From Neolecta irregularis DAH-3 (taxonomy: Eukaryota), in assembly GCA_001929475.1 (NCBI GenBank), contig LXFE01000322.1, positions 1 through 59,743 of the forward strand: a DNA stretch of 59,743 nt, written 5' to 3'. Shown piece after piece: positions 1 through 14,583 of the stretch (the first letter of the stretch is position 1; every line of letters begins with the position of its first letter). The notes below the pieces were generated by a model, which did not search any database, was not told where the DNA came from, and was given only the letters and a program-made list of their open reading frames with translations. A program made the translations under genes and the position numbers.

Positions 1-869
1 GAGGAAGAGGGGAGGAGGGAGCTTGAATGAGGAGTCCCGATAGTGACGTGTTAGGCGAAAATCCTCAGTTTAGTATTTCTTTACGACACGCGCATAGCTT
101 ACACTGTGCCAAACCCTTATTGAGGGGCAGGTTAGTTAAATAAAGAGATATTCATGCATTTTCTTTCGTTTCAACCTTGTTAAGCTATGTTTAATTAGTC
201 ACTGATGGTTTACATTCTAAAATCCTTAGGCTATGAGGTGTTTCACCCTCGTGAATCAATAAAGACATCATCGCCTGCTTGAAATATTACAGGTCAAATT
301 TAGCTTCAGTGACCATACGTTAAGCCTCGAACCTGAGCAAATAGCCTGATGAGACTTGCTCCGAAGCATTGATGTGCTTATTGAGGAGCTGTCGTTTTTC
401 CTGCCATATTGACTCGTCAAAGGGTGGTGAGATAAATCAACTTCCCATTCGAAGAACAAGTCTAGAAGTTGTGCGTTGTGAATTCAGTGTATCTTTTCCC
501 TAAATAGATGGTTAAGCCAATTCCTACCTGACCATATTCGATTTATTCGGCTCCGTTTGTAAGAGTTTAATACTTTGGCCCTATACCGAAAGAATGAGCC
601 GACAGTTTCTATTGGCCCTTTCTAGATGAGTCGGTTTGGTAAAGAGATTAAGACCAGGTCTCTCTTTCAGGGACATTGTCTCAAAAGCCAGATGTTAGGA
701 GGGGTCCACAAGAGGCTCAAGAGATCTTGCAAATCTTCAGCGAAAATCAACGATATACTGTCCCCGAAATACAAATAATTTTGACTTAAGTAACCCAAGA
801 AATTTCTTAATGTTCAATCTTTTCGAGAGTCGAAGCATATAGGTAATATGAAAACATGACACAAATATT

Positions 870-1220
870 TTAATGCCGTCCTGTCTCCTCATCAAGAAGA
901 CGAATCTGGCTTCGTCTCGATTTTTTCGCCAGAAACAACGTTAAGTGTCTCAATGCAAAGAAGATAAGCAACGCTCCAATGGGAATAAGCCAAATCCACC
1001 AGACCAGTTTATTATTTAGGCCGAAAAGTTTTGCAACGACCCAATACTGCGAGAAAAGGATCATCAACGCTGTCACAAGGCTTGTTTTAGTGATGCTGGA
1101 TTGTTCTGCTCGTGGTTCATCATCTTTGAATATTAATAGAATATTGACTCAATTTTTATCGCTACCTTGATACTCCTCATGTGGAGCTGGGGTATCATTT
1201 CGAGTTCGTGAAAGTCGCAT
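870..1220 (-). CDS. Small two-exon putative membrane protein (~102 aa), unknown function
   Basis: ATG at 1220; a 42-nt GT..AG intron (1124-1165) joins MRLSRTRNDTPAPHEEYQ in frame to the ORF 870-1076, which has two hydrophobic segments and a basic tail. Confidence 0.5.
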
Positions 1221-1445
1221 TGAAATTCAAGTTACGAAGATTGTTCGAGGTCAAAGTTGAGGTTGCCAGACTGTAGCGACTTATGACAAGTGCGTGTTGT
1301 ACGTGGTGTTACATTATTGGGATAGTCAGAAACTCCGCAGAGGTAAACCGAGAGCGGCTAGTAGTTTGAATATGTTTGGCGAAACTCATGCACTCTGAAA
1401 ATACCTATATAAGAAAAGTTAATCTTCTTGCAAGTCCTCGCCATC

Positions 1446-4400
1446 TTAAATTCCGAAAGCACTCATATCAGGTTCTTCGTAGACAGGAGCAGGCCTCAGT
1501 TTCTGTAGCGATCCCATAGCTGGAGGGTTGTGCGTTTCCCAGACTTGTTCTGGAGGCAAATCCGCGATAATCAAACTTCCCCTCCTAGTTAGGCCCTGCC
1601 CAGGCGTTCCACCAATTTCTTTGTTTATCACCATTTTAGATGTGAATTCCCAGTTCCTGACCAAATCTAAGCCGAGTATATCACATCCCATACGGTCATA
1701 TAAGCGTGACATATGTAATACATAGTCGAACTCAACTTTAGGGAGCACTGCTGATGCCCCTTTCAATGTTTGTAGCGACTTGTCGCGAAGCAATCTGTAC
1801 ATCACAACAAGAGCTGGATCATCTGCGAGAGTGTCCAAAGAGGTGCTGGGGTTCTCAATGTTGAGTAGTGTATGCAGTGGCGACTATTCATCAACACAGG
1901 ACATTCATTTTAACCCTTACAATAGTTGCTTGGACGGCTTTGTCTCGTTTCTTGAGAAACCAAAATGCCCAGACAGTTAACCAGCGGTTTCCTTCATGAA
2001 CTGCAGATGGAAGAACATGATTCATTATAAGATCTCGAAGGATAGGACTCTCGTCGCTATCATAGACTCTAGCAAGCGCAATTGCCAACTGATAGTCCTT
2101 CAATTGACGAATACAAACGTTGACAGCATCCTTCAGACTGCCAGCGAGGAGAAAGAAACTTGCCGCATATTCTATTCCATTAGACAGTTTAGAGCATATA
2201 TTGATATACCGAAGCGTCGCTTTCCCAACAGAACAAAGGCATTCTTCATGGCCGCAGTCTTCCATCTCTGCTCTTCGAAATTATTCGACAAAAATCTGAT
2301 CATCGCTCGTTGTTCCGGGTGCCACCCGGCTAAGCGCCAGAGACCCAGCAAAACAGTCTTCTTTTTCAGAGCCAAATAAAAGAGAGCACATCGAGTAGGG
2401 TCTTTAGGTTCCTCCTCAGTGTACTGATTTCGAGCGATTATTTCAGCTTGTTCCTTCAAGATATTATGTGATTGAACCCACATGTACATTCCAGTGCCTC
2501 GAGCATGTTTCCATAGAATTGGGGTTCCAAAACTACGATGAATTAGATCAATAATCATATCCTATAGTTTCAACGAAGGAGGGAAATCGAGAAATCACCT
2601 GCGATGAGCTTAGATTTGCCCACATAACATCACGGATTGACATTTCTTTATCCTTCGCCAGGAAGAACTGTCGGAAAAACATGAAATACCGAAGACCATA
2701 CTTATCCATACTCCGTTGGTGACGAACTGCCTAAAACCGTCAACGGGAGGGCTATCATATAGATCAACATTATCAATACAGTCAACAATAGCAGATAAAG
2801 CTGCTTGCTGTACTCCTGAAAGAGCCGGTAGCGGGATCTTCGTCAATTGGTTTAGTAATTCCTCAGCAACCTTTTCGTCAAATTCGACGGACGATTCAGG
2901 TTCATTCTCTGCGACGACGCTTTCAGAATTAATATCGAATAAGTTAGCGGTTTTGGCATTCGGCTAAATTTCAATTCAAGAAGAAATTTTTATTTTACGT
3001 CTGCCTGTTGCAGGAATTCGAATAACGGGATGCCCAGGAAGGTTTCCAATTCAACAGATTGATCGGTGAAATCCACATAAAACCTTAATTCCCGGCATAA
3101 CCGACATAATATCCTTTTAGCAACTTCAAGTTTGTCTTGTTGATTAGTATCGGCGTAATTTCCCAGTGAATACCACTAAGCAGCGCTTGCTGTAAAAACT
3201 GAGGATGATATACTGGTACAGGTCCATTAAGCCGAGCTGCATTCTCAAAAATGTCCGATGACAGAGATTGGTGTGTAGAAGTGTGAACAAGAGCTTCAAC
3301 CTCCATTGCTTCTTGCCGTCTTTCATAGACCATAAGGGCGCTTCCAATACCAACTACCAATCGTCCAGGATTCATCCAGATGGAATCAGATATCGGGATC
3401 GGTGAAATCTTTTGCAGATCAATTCGTCGAAAACAAATCCACGAAGGACTTATGGAGCTATACTCCAATCGCTTCTGACACAATAGAATTATCTGATGTT
3501 GAAAGCCAATAGAGAGGATTGATTGAGAATCCGGAGTACAAGTCCAATCTAAATCACGAATTTTCCCATAAGCGGAGAAAGACATTCGAAATTCTTTGAT
3601 CTCTGAGAATTGAGAAATTGTGTTGTCCCATATCGTGAGCTCTGTTGCAGAGAAGTCCACTATTCGTTAACCAAATCGGCAATACGAAAAACCTAATGCT
3701 GTCCTCTTGTGAGATGTCCCTTTGGCTAATGACGGTTGCTTTACTAGGGTATCAATTTCAGAAGTCCTGAGAAAGTCGGGTGAAGAATCATTGCCAATTG
3801 CGGCTGTCCAACAGATCATTTGTCCATCTTGCGAAATTGTCACAAGAACGTCTCTGCAGAACGTGTCGAGGGTATGCGATGCTCGAGTCTCTTTCCAACC
3901 CATTGGATCAACTGGAGCAACTAAATGTATATCAGAGATTCCAGGAAGCTGGAAATCTTTTGCGTATATGTCGCCGTTGTCGATATTGATTATCCAACAA
4001 ACACCAGAACCATTCTTGCGAAGTCCGAAGGCATGCAGCGTTTGATTTGTCTCGAGGTTTTCAGAAAAGGATATTAAGCATAAGAGGTCATCCAAAGTTG
4101 AATTGTCAATAGATTCCCATCGAACAACCTTTTCATCGTTTAATTTCCAAACGACGAGCTCTTGAGCGTGCAATGTAATCAAGTAATGTCCTGAAATAAT
4201 TAAACAAACCATAAAGGCACCATTACCATTCTTTGATATAACTGCATCCTTTACAGATGTCTCTGAGCAAACTCGAGCAGTTTGTTTAAATGAAGAAGCT
4301 TTAGATTTCCAGATAATATATTCCTTGTGTGACGCAAGTGAAAGTAATATTTTACCATTTGATGACCGGTAGAGTGCTCTTATTCGGTTTGAATGACTGT

Positions 4401-5895
4401 TGCTCCTACTTTGGACTGTTACAGAGTGAGGTTGATCTGGCGAATGAAATAACTGCACGATATTAAGGTCGGCAATGATGTACCCTCCAGATGTGGTTTG
4501 ACGTATGAACGATAAATCGAAATGTAAGTTTATGCTGTGTAGAAACTCACCAGTATTCTGAACGAGACCACTCAGCACCAGTGTCAACATAGGTATATCT
4601 TTATCATCTTGGTGGAAACCGGATAACGACCGCTCAACAATCCGCATGGCTCTCCCACGAGACAGGACTTTGGAACTCAATTCCTGGTAGTAAGCATTGG
4701 CTCGTTTCGGAATAATCTCTACTTCGATCCCCCAGACGATAATTTTGTCTCCCGATAGTGCTATGCATAGTTCAACCTCTCCTTCTGCTAATTCGATCAA
4801 TTTCTGCATATGAGTTTCTGGAGTCGCGAAATCCTTTGTTCCTCTGTGAGCGATATTCTGAATGGCCAAAAGTAAGTCCTTATGATCCACTATCACCATA
4901 GTTGGATATCCGTTAATGTTCGAGAAAGCAGATGATACGTCAATAGTGATCAGCAGACTGAGAATGTGCGAATCAAGAGGCTTTAATGGTGCCCATATGC
5001 GCACAATACCGTCCCGGCAATTTGTATAGAACACATTGTTGTAAGAACTGTAATCAGTATCATATACGCTGACCTACAAACGTATCGGTGTCAAGTGGAC
5101 TTCTCCATCTCATATATGTTACTGTGCCTGGATGTGTGAGATAGGTGTAATCAAAATCAACATCCTCGGAGCCCTGTCCCACATGACGTCTCCAAACTTT
5201 CACAAGTCGATCGAACTATCAGTAAGTACTCCATCAAAAGGTTACAAGGTACATAGCCATTTGATGCAACGAGGCATCTATCTGGTGAGAATGTGCAATG
5301 CCGAATTGGATGAGTTAGCCTTTGGTCAATTTTGTTCTTAGAAATCAAAGAATCACACTCAGTCACCCAGATAGGTTGATCAGGCGAGTCAACAGATATT
5401 AGACTCAACCCAAAATGACCTAGTAGAATTTCTTGACTTTGCCCGTAAGACAGGGAACGTATATCGTGATTCGGAAACTGGAGGGCAAAGGCTAGAGACC
5501 ACTGGATGTCATAATGCATCTCGTTGCTTAAGACAAACCTCGGGTTGTGCGTTTTCAAGATTTGATTCTGTTCGATTATATACCTTAACCGAGTCTCTTG
5601 AAGAAGCCGCAAGCTATAAAGCTTAGAATCTCGAGCTACCGCGGTCTGGTATACCTACACTCCCGTTCCTTGTATTAAAATCCAGAGCAACCACGTATTG
5701 GTCTGTGTCCAGTATTTGCAGTAGCCTCTCAGAACCTTCAAATAGCAAAATGGTCGTATTAGACGCTATAAACTAGACCGGTCAGTTTACAACTGCTATG
5801 CTATTGCGGATCACCAGAAATCGTCTATTCCCCCACAACCCTGTGCAAATAGCCTGGGGCTCCAGATTTGATGTAGAAAATATGGACGAAGGCAT
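1446..5895 (-). CDS. RAV1: RAVE complex subunit Rav1 (regulator of V-ATPase assembly; WD40 + Rav1p_C), multi-exon
   Basis: Exon ORFs carry Rav1 motifs RLNGPVPVYHPQFLQQ, DPTRCALFYLALKKK, RWKTAAMKNAFVLLGKRR, YAASFFLLAGSLKDAV and YDRMGCDILGLDLVRNWEF; probable ATG at 5895 (MPSSIFSTSN...). Confidence 0.92.
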
Positions 5896-6224
5896 TCAAG
5901 TTGTCTTGATGAATATGGGTGTATCATGAAACGTGCATTTGACTAAAACGCGATGGCCCATGAATGTGGATAACCACCAGCATAAATTCCGTTTATAATA
6001 CAGATGAAGAATTCAATTGCTATAATCTGAGATAAAATGGTGCTCTTCATGTATATATGATGCTACAAATATTTAAAGTTACTATGTCGTATCTGTTATG
6101 AATTCGCGCCTCGAATGTCGCATGCTCCTCTGTCGAATTGACTCGGTTTCTTACATCCAGCACATTATTACTCAGGTTTTAATTGGTTCTCCGATAATTT
6201 ATGCCTTATTCTGCGGCTCTCTGA

Positions 6225-8879
6225 ATGGAAAATTTAACGCCTTCTCTTCCTTCCCGCGCAACCTATTTCGCCGCAAGCAATGCTTCTCCTGGAAAGTTGC
6301 CGTCTTACGACCTCAGAAGTTTGTATGAGCATAGACAACAAGTTCACAAGATAGACCTAGACGTGTTGAGAGATATTATCCACCGAGCGTCGCTGTCTCC
6401 GGATGGCGATTCGTTCCTTTCGGTGTTTAGGGCTTATGATACCGTTTTGAAGGAACGGTCAATCGACCCCTCGCAAGATCGGCTGTATTTCAAAATCCTG
6501 TTAAAGCTCGCTCGAATAAAAGGTGGCTCGTGGTATGAAAAACTGCAGCTGGTCCTCGGGGTATAAAGCTGTATCATCGTCTGTTAATTGCAAGACTTTA
6601 GGAGTGACCGAAGAAGATATTACAGCAACAATTACTTCACAACGAACACCTCCATCCCCACTCCAGCACCACAGAGTTCGCAGAGTGCTTTTTAAAGATC
6701 TCCCGAGCCAGTCCCGATCTATATCTCGACTAGATCAAGTAGTGGATAACCCGTTTCCTACGCCACCAAGCACATGCGCGCTGTCGAGCAGTAAACCTGC
6801 ACCGCCTCCCCTTCCTGATCCTCCAACTTCACCCGATTTGAACTTGCCATTAATCAGATATTATCTCTCCGCATGGCGATTGAAAACTACTCACCGGGTC
6901 CATCTCCATCGTCAGCAATACACCTATGCCATCGAACGGGACCATCGAGCACTGCTTGCAGAAGCATTCGTAAGCTGGCGTGAAAAATCAAAGTTTTTCC
7001 GCTTATTACAAAAACGAGCAAGCAAGGCCCGGTCAATAATCATCGTCGAGAAAAGCCTTTCAAAATGGAGATCTAGATATAATAATCGGTCTCAAGATCA
7101 TCGCGACTTGGCAGATTACTTCAACTCAATTTTTCTATTAAGATCGTGTCTAAAGAAATGGAGATACCGAATCTCCAACGACACTCACAAAGGGAAACTC
7201 TTTCTCCTGGATCTGATGCTGCAGAAATGGAAATGCAAATATACCCGAATCAAGAAGCTTGAATGCCAAGCTGAAGCATTATACAGACGTTATCTCCTTG
7301 CATTGTCATGGAAAGATTGGTTTTTTAAGACTTGTCAAACTAGAGCAACGATTTATTATAATCTTAAACTGGCTGGGAAAGCGGTGATCGTTTGGATAAA
7401 CTGGACACGCGAAGCAAAGATACTGGAAATACGAGCAGATAGAGTTTATCGAGAGAATATCAAACGGGATTATCTGAATATCTGGATAAAAAAACTTCGT
7501 GTTCTCCAAGATATGAAGATGCGAGCATCTATGTATCATGAAGCAAAAGTGATAAGATACGCGCTTGATAATTGGAAAAGAGACACCAAGTTGCGAAAAG
7601 CTGCGACTGGATATCGACAAAAAATTGACGAAAAGTTGATCCAAGATTGTTTCGTAATTTGGCTTTGGCAACTGTATATCCGGATTCATGACTTTTTGAA
7701 TAACATACAGACGAGAGAACCAGAAAGGAAGCGAGTTTCACCGAAATGTTTTAATATCGAAATATCTGATAGCCTGGGAACGACAAGCTAGATTAAAACA
7801 AGTCACTAGAGAAGTCGAAAGTAATATCACATTTCGACTTTTCCATTTTTGGATTACCCAAGAACGAGCAGTTTTACTTGGTCGAGTTCGTGACTGTCGA
7901 CTTGTGCGCGATGCACTAGCTGTCTGGAGAAATCGGTATCAAAATATCCGAGATACACTCTATGTTGTAGAAAAAACAGTGATCCTGAACACTGAATTCC
8001 GAGTTCAGAAGAAGACATTTAAGAATTGGAAAGACAGATTACGGAAATCAAGGGAAACAGAATGTTTTGCAAATGTAAGTTTTTTCCTAATAAAAATGTT
8101 AATCTTGAGAAAATATATCAAAGGTCAATACTAATGAACGCTCTGTCACTATGGAAAACGGGGATTGAAGTCGTGAGAAAGTTGGAATGCGAAGGGGAAC
8201 GCGCATGCAACCTTTTCCTTTTTCGAAATGCACTAAAGACTTGGAAACAAGCGAAACAAAGATCAATCAAACGGAGTAAAGAGGCCAGAAAAATGCTTGC
8301 TAGGAAGCATCACCAAAGGCGCACGCAAAGTTTGATTATGGAACTCTGGATGTCGCGATTATCAAAGATTCGATACTTGGAAGCACAGGCCGATCATGCA
8401 AAAACTCTGTTTGATGAATCAGTTACAAGAATCTTCTTATCAGGGTGGAGGAGTTCATTTCAAACATATCGCGGGCTTGAGAATATGGCTCGAAAGATCT
8501 ACGAGGAACAGTTACTCAGGTTGAATATCTAAAATTCAAGGTTAATTTGTCCAGAGCAAGTGTGTCTTCGTGGATTGACAACCTGAATTACTGCACAGAA
8601 ATAGCTGCAATAGCAGATATGACATTCTCCGCCAAACTCTACGATATCCAGGTAAAATGTCTAAGAATTTGGAGAAGGAATATGTTTCGGTTTAAAGGAT
8701 TGGATGTTCAGGCGGAGCTAATGTTACGACAATGCCAAGGACGATTAATTCGACTCGCTTTTCGTGGATGGGCTCGAAAAGTGAGAGAAGGAAAGACGGG
8801 AAACAGTCAAGAGAACATTCATGGACTGGTAACTCCTACCAGGCCTATTCGTTCATGGAGATTGGGGAGAAGTCGATGA
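6225..8879 (+). CDS. SFI1: Spindle pole body half-bridge protein Sfi1 (centrin-binding repeats), multi-exon
   Basis: Regularly spaced basic Trp repeats (LLAEAFVSWRE, LRSCLKKWR, LFRNALKTWK) and a fungal Sfi1-type N-terminus (FRAYDTVLKERSIDPSQDRLYFK). Confidence 0.8.
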
Positions 8880-8983
8880 TTATAATGTACTAGTAGAATT
8901 GGGTTTGGCGTACGGAAGGATGTGTGTATTTGACCCGTGAGCACTATCTATTCTAATTTCAATAGTACGTATTTATCTAGGGC

Positions 8984-10092
8984 TCAAAAGGTCGAGTCCT
9001 GATACGATTAGCTTAATTCAATATGAAGAGAAGTACCAAAAATTGTTTCGTCAGCTCCACGCCCAAAAATGTAGCAGCATTAGCGGGATAGGCTCTCAGT
9101 AATGCGGGACCCAAACCGGGAAAGAAAGCTTTTACGCCGCCTCTCGCATAAATATTCGAACAAACCTTAACTATAGAGGATTCAGTTCCACTCTGGAGTT
9201 GTGATTTGATAGTGTCAAGAGGAAACACGCATAGCCACATGGCCATACCAGCTGTTCCACCGGCAGCGATGATTGCCGGAACCGATAAATCTCCTTTTGA
9301 TCCGTCCGCGGACACGGGTGTGAGTTTTTCCTTGACTACTTCGTAGGCTGCGAAATAGGCTGCAGAACCGGGACCATCTCGAGCGAGAGTAGCAAAGCTC
9401 CCTCTGAAGACTGTGGTCAGTATTGTAGATGGGGGATTGGCGGTACTTGATCGCAATCCACCTTCTCTGTATAGCTGTCTTAAGACATCGTAGGTGCCAT
9501 TGTACTTCTTCTCTGCCGACTGGCCCTGGATTTGCAGAAGAACCTTGACCCGTTCGAATGGAGCGGTGAGAATGGTTGTTGGAATTGCGCTGAAGAAGCC
9601 TGCAGCGGCCATCTGGGGAATTGTAAATCCTGATTCGGGGACAGAGGATGTTCGGCGCACAAGACCTTTACCGACATCGTAGCCCTATAAACTCAGTGGT
9701 CATAATTGCAAAGAGGAGGATGAACCCAGAAGGAAACGGCAAAGATGGGAGTGACTCCGAGTAAAGGCGGAGTAACACCGGCATACAAACCCTGCTCGGA
9801 TCAACTTGGAGCCGTGAATTTTCTCAGACACACCCGTAAACCATTACGCGACATAGTTTTGCTAACCGCATCCATTGTTCCCTTATATACGCCTTTCTCT
9901 GCGGTTTGAAGCCGGACTTTAATCAGATCAAATGGCTAGCGGGTATGAATGGAAGCACAGGCGCAGGATCTATACATGGCCCACGATAACAGAACAAATT
10001 CCACCGACACCTCCAGCCAGGAAAGACTTGAGACCCGAAAATGCAGGAACAAGAGCATTGACGTCTGATATGTCTGTGAGAGCATTATCCAT
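8984..10092 (-). CDS. CRC1: Mitochondrial carnitine/acylcarnitine carrier, multi-exon
   Basis: Carrier motifs GHPFDLIKVRLQ, APFERVKVLLQIQ, RDGPGSAAYFAAYE and ALLRAYPANAATFLGVE; ATG at 10092; a final intron gives ...FLDSTF* ending at 8984. Confidence 0.9.
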
Positions 10093-10407
10093 ATCGCCTA
10101 TAGAGGACTTTGGAGGGATTGCGGATCAGAGTTCTGGTGTTGCACCTGGCAATCTATTATTCTACATTGCGATACCGGCGATATATTCCGTTTAGCCAAG
10201 GATTTGCATGTGTATTTTTGATACTCTGCGTATTAACAGACCAAACCCGGTTCCCTCCTATATTGGGCCCTCGATCCTCCCTGCGCCGCCTTACACCCGC
10301 CTCTGCTCCTTTTCCTTGGGTCGCCTTTTTTCTATTCGGTTCTGCTTTTTTCCAAAGAAGCAAACCGCCTGCCGGGTCCTGTTGGGCCAGATAATATCGC
10401 TGCAGCA

Positions 10408-13400
10408 ATGAGGTAACCGCCTTTGCATCCGTAGTCTGACACTGCGCAAAGCGCTTCAACGTCAATCAAAGTCATATGTCGCTTCAGACCCCCAAACTCT
10501 GTCGAAAAAGCACAAAATAGCCACCAGGTTGTCGAATTTGAAGGCGATGATATTGTGAAGCTAAACGTATGCTCCTTTCTTTTCATCGATTGCATCATGG
10601 GCTCATTCGTTGCAGTCAGACGGGGTTTCTGGGTCATTTACCTTTGACAGGGTTTTTGGCACTGAGACCAAGCAAAAAGATATCTTTGAATACTCGATTC
10701 GCTCAACTGTTGACGGTTCAAAAGCTTGTTCCACCGTGTCTGACTTTAGACATTATGAATGGATATAACGGTACTGTCTTCGCCTATGGACAAACAGGCT
10801 CGGGCAAAACTTTTACGATGATGGTTCTCCATCTCTCTACAACTATCATGCTCATTGGAAAAGGGCGCCGATATCGACAATCCGGAACTGCGAGGTGTGA
10901 TCCCGCGCATTGTGGAACAAATATTTGAATCTATTGAAAATTCCCCTAGTTCCATCATTTACAATATTCGAGTGTCCTATATGGAAATATACATGGAAAA
11001 AATCCGAGATCTTCTCAATCGTATGTGATACATTTTTCATTAATCTGAGACATCGCAGCGAATAACGACAACCTACCAATTCACGAAGAAAAGAATAAAG
11101 GCGTCTATGTCAAGGGCTTGTCAACGGTCTTTGTCTCGTCGATCCCTGAAGTTTATGAATATATCAAACAGGGAAGCAATGCCAGAGCCGTATCCGCCAC
11201 TAGTGAGGTCTCATTACAGGGATGGATCTGATTACCTAGATATGAACTTGGAGAGTTCACGCTCACATTCAATATTTTGCCTTTCAATCGATCAAAAGAA
11301 TGCTGATACAGGAAGTTGTAAAACAGGTCAACTGTTTTTGGTAGATCTTGCTGGATCAGAGAAAGTTGGAAAGACAGGTGCGACCGGACAAACCCTCGAA
11401 GAAGCAAAGAAGATCAACAAGTCACTTTCCGCGCTCGGGATGGTTATCAATGCTTTGACCGATGGAAAGGTAGTGACGAGAGAGACCTCGGATTGCTGAT
11501 TTTGTAGTCATCCCATGTTCCGTACAGAGATTCCAAGCTAACTCGAATTCTCCAAGAATCTCTTGGCGGGAACTCTCGGACGACTCTGATTATCAATTGT
11601 TCGCCAATGTCCTTCAACGACCAAGAAACCTTGTCAACCCTCCGCTTCGGCACACGCGCAAAGAGCATCAAGAACAAAGCTAAAGTCAATGTCGAACTTT
11701 CACCGGCAGAACTCAAAGCGCTACTCAAAAAATCAAAACTCGAAGCAATTACATTTCAGGAATACATCTTTGCACTCGAAGGAGAAGTTGTCATATGGAG
11801 AAATGGAGAAGCTGTGCCTAGGGACAAATGGGTTTCAATGGAGAATCGCCAAGCCGTTATTACCCGGCCGGGAACTCCAGGTTCGAGGATGTTTGATATA
11901 GCACGAGAAGTTGCTACTCCCAGCCCCACACAAGTGAGGTCCTCGACTCCAGCTTTCAGCGACAAACTAGAGAAAGACGAACGAGATGAATTTCTCAGAA
12001 GAGAAAACGAATTGCAAGATCAGGTCGCTGAAAAAGAATCACTTCTCGCCGCTCAAGAAAAGATGGTTGCGCAGATGAAAGAAGAACTTGGCTTCCTCAA
12101 GGTCCATGACTCCAAATCCAACAAGGAGAATGAAAAACTCGGTACAGAGATCAACGAACTTCGATTACAATTAGAAAAGATCTCGTTTGAGAGTAGAGAA
12201 GCAAATATCACTATCGACGGGCTTAAAGAAGCCAATACTGAACTCGCTGCTGAACTCGAAGAAATCAAACGAGCTCTTTTGGATGCTAAGATCTCACAGC
12301 GAGAAGCAATTCTTGACGAAAAAGAGAAGAAAAAGGCAGAAAAGATTGCTCAGATGATGGCAAGTTTCGACTTATGTGGAATCAGCGATAAAGATCAACA
12401 AACCCGGCTCGCTCTGGAGAAACTAGAATCTTTAGAGAAGGATCCATCTAAACTCACAACAGAAGATCTTTCAGGCTTGAGATTAAACCTTAATGGAGCG
12501 CAAGTTGTCATTCAACAGGCCGAACAAGCGCTCAAGGATCGAACTGCCGAAACTGAATGTATGAAGCAACGCAAACAGGAGCTTGAGACGAGAGTCAAGG
12601 CCGTTGAAGCCGATTACCAAGCATTGCTGGAACAAACTATAGCAGGAGTGACTGGAGTTGCTGTTGACTCTCTGCAGAGCAAACTCGAAGACACCTACAA
12701 CGCACGGCAGGAATCAGAGAATGACGAGATGGTAAAGTTGAAGACAGATTTAGCTTTATCCTATGAGGAGAACAAAAAGCTGAGAGCTACTGTCGAAGAT
12801 TTCCATCGCTCGTCGAGTTCTCTAAAGGTATATTCTTCCCTTGTTGCGATATATATTGACTTGTAGACGCGGGGTGACCATGTTGCTCAACAACTTGCCG
12901 ATTTTGAAGTCATGAAAAAATCATTGATGCGGGATCTTCAAAATCGATGTGAAAGGGTATACTCATATATACATTATTTCGTGCTCATTGGAGGTCGTTG
13001 AACTTGAGATTTCCCTTGATGAAACAAGGGAACAGTACAATAACGTCCTTCGAAGTAGCAATAACCGCGCCCAACAGAAGAAGATGGCTTTCCTGGAAAG
13101 AAACCTTGAACAACTGACAAATGTACAAAGACAAGTATTGATGATCTTCACCAATAATCACTGCTCATACTGTCCAGCTTGTCGAACAAAACTCGTCACT
13201 CAAAAAAGAAGTCGCAATTGCAGAGCGAAAGCTTCTAGCTCGAAACGAAAGAATTCTGTCTTTAGAACACCTACTCCAAGATTCACAAGATAAATTAACA
13301 CAACAAAGCCATAAGTTTGAGGCTCAACTCCAAACTGTTAGAGAAAGATTAGAACAAGCTAGAAGTATATCATTCTCTTGGCCTGAATATCATTTTTATT

Positions 13401-13706
13401 GATGATATAGTCACTCGACCAACGAGTTCTGGACTCGTGAACCAATTTTCTTTGGCTGGAGCACGAATTGCGAAACCACTCCGAGGTGGAGGAAGTAATG
13501 CGAACGAACTGGCAAATGGGTATCTCATCAATGTTTTTCAGAAAGCCTTTAGCTGACAAACGGTGGATAGAGGTGACGCTACTGTAGGCCGAACTGGTTC
13601 TCCAAGTAGGGCATGCCCTCAGTTATAGTGTCTATCAACTAACCATTCTACAGCTTCTTCGGCCAGAACTTCGAGGGACGGAAACTGGTTCTTTGGTCGT
13701 CGTTGA
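10408..13706 (+). CDS. Conventional kinesin heavy chain (kinesin-1), multi-exon
   Basis: Motor motifs [25 protein letters not shown] and LVDLAGSEK; coiled-coil stalk; autoinhibitory [10 protein letters not shown]; terminal WFF motif. The first coding exon is only ATGAG. Confidence 0.95.
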
Positions 13707-13843
13707 TATCGTCTATTGAAATATTTGCATTTTGAAGAAGGATGGCGCTATGGTGGTATCTCGATTTTGTTTTGTGTGAATTGTATTTTCCGATATACGT
13801 TCACTTAAAATTCCTAGACCTGCTAATGATATACATATCTCCA

Positions 13844-14583
13844 TCACATTTCATCTGGATTGAAGAGGTCCATATCATCAAACACTGCTGCATGGTTTGC
13901 CAGCTGTTCTGTTTCAATATGGCCATTATAATGTTGCTTTGGCTCATGATATACTGGTGAAAGTGTAGGCTGATTTCTTCCTGACTCCGCCATGCTACTA
14001 TCTGCCCTTTCCCCAGTAATGCCCAAACCGAGTCTTCCTCTCCTCATTGCTTCTTCTGTAGGCCATGGTGCATGAATATGCGAAAATGTTTCTAGTGGTC
14101 TTTCTGGATTATAATCTGCGGGCGCATGTGTATAATTCGCTAGCTTCCGCGCATAGGCAAGCAAATCTTCATGGGAAACTTGGCCTTCAGTCTCAGTAAA
14201 GTGCCAATTGAGAGGAAGAGTACTAGTCCAGTAGGACTCGGTGGTTTCAGAGGCCGTCAAGTTGTCTCGTAGTTTTGCAAGTGTTTGAATGATAATATTT
14301 AATTCCATATCTAGATTTTGAGACTGTTGTCTTAATTCTAGTATCTTTGAATGATTTTCCTGATGTTTCCGAGCTTTTGGCTCGTTAATCGACTGCCTAA
14401 AAAGGTTATACCTTCGTCCAATGCATTTGATAGTGATTTATCCACTGTGATAACTTCATCAGCTGCAGCAGAAACATCCCCGTTTGATGGAATGGGAACA
14501 GCGATCAAGTCTAGGAGTGAAAGCACTGCGTTCTGATATTGGTCAAGGACATGGTCGAGGGTGGTAAAGCCAGTTGAGGTCAT
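13844..14583 (-). CDS. MED4: Mediator subunit Med4, two exons
   Basis: Motifs DLLAYARKLANYT and PWPTEEAMRRGRL; acidic FDDMDLFNPDE tail. Confidence 0.85.

Noticed and set aside
268..860. Short ORFs at the window start
   Set aside because: No coherent spliced model or recognisable domain.
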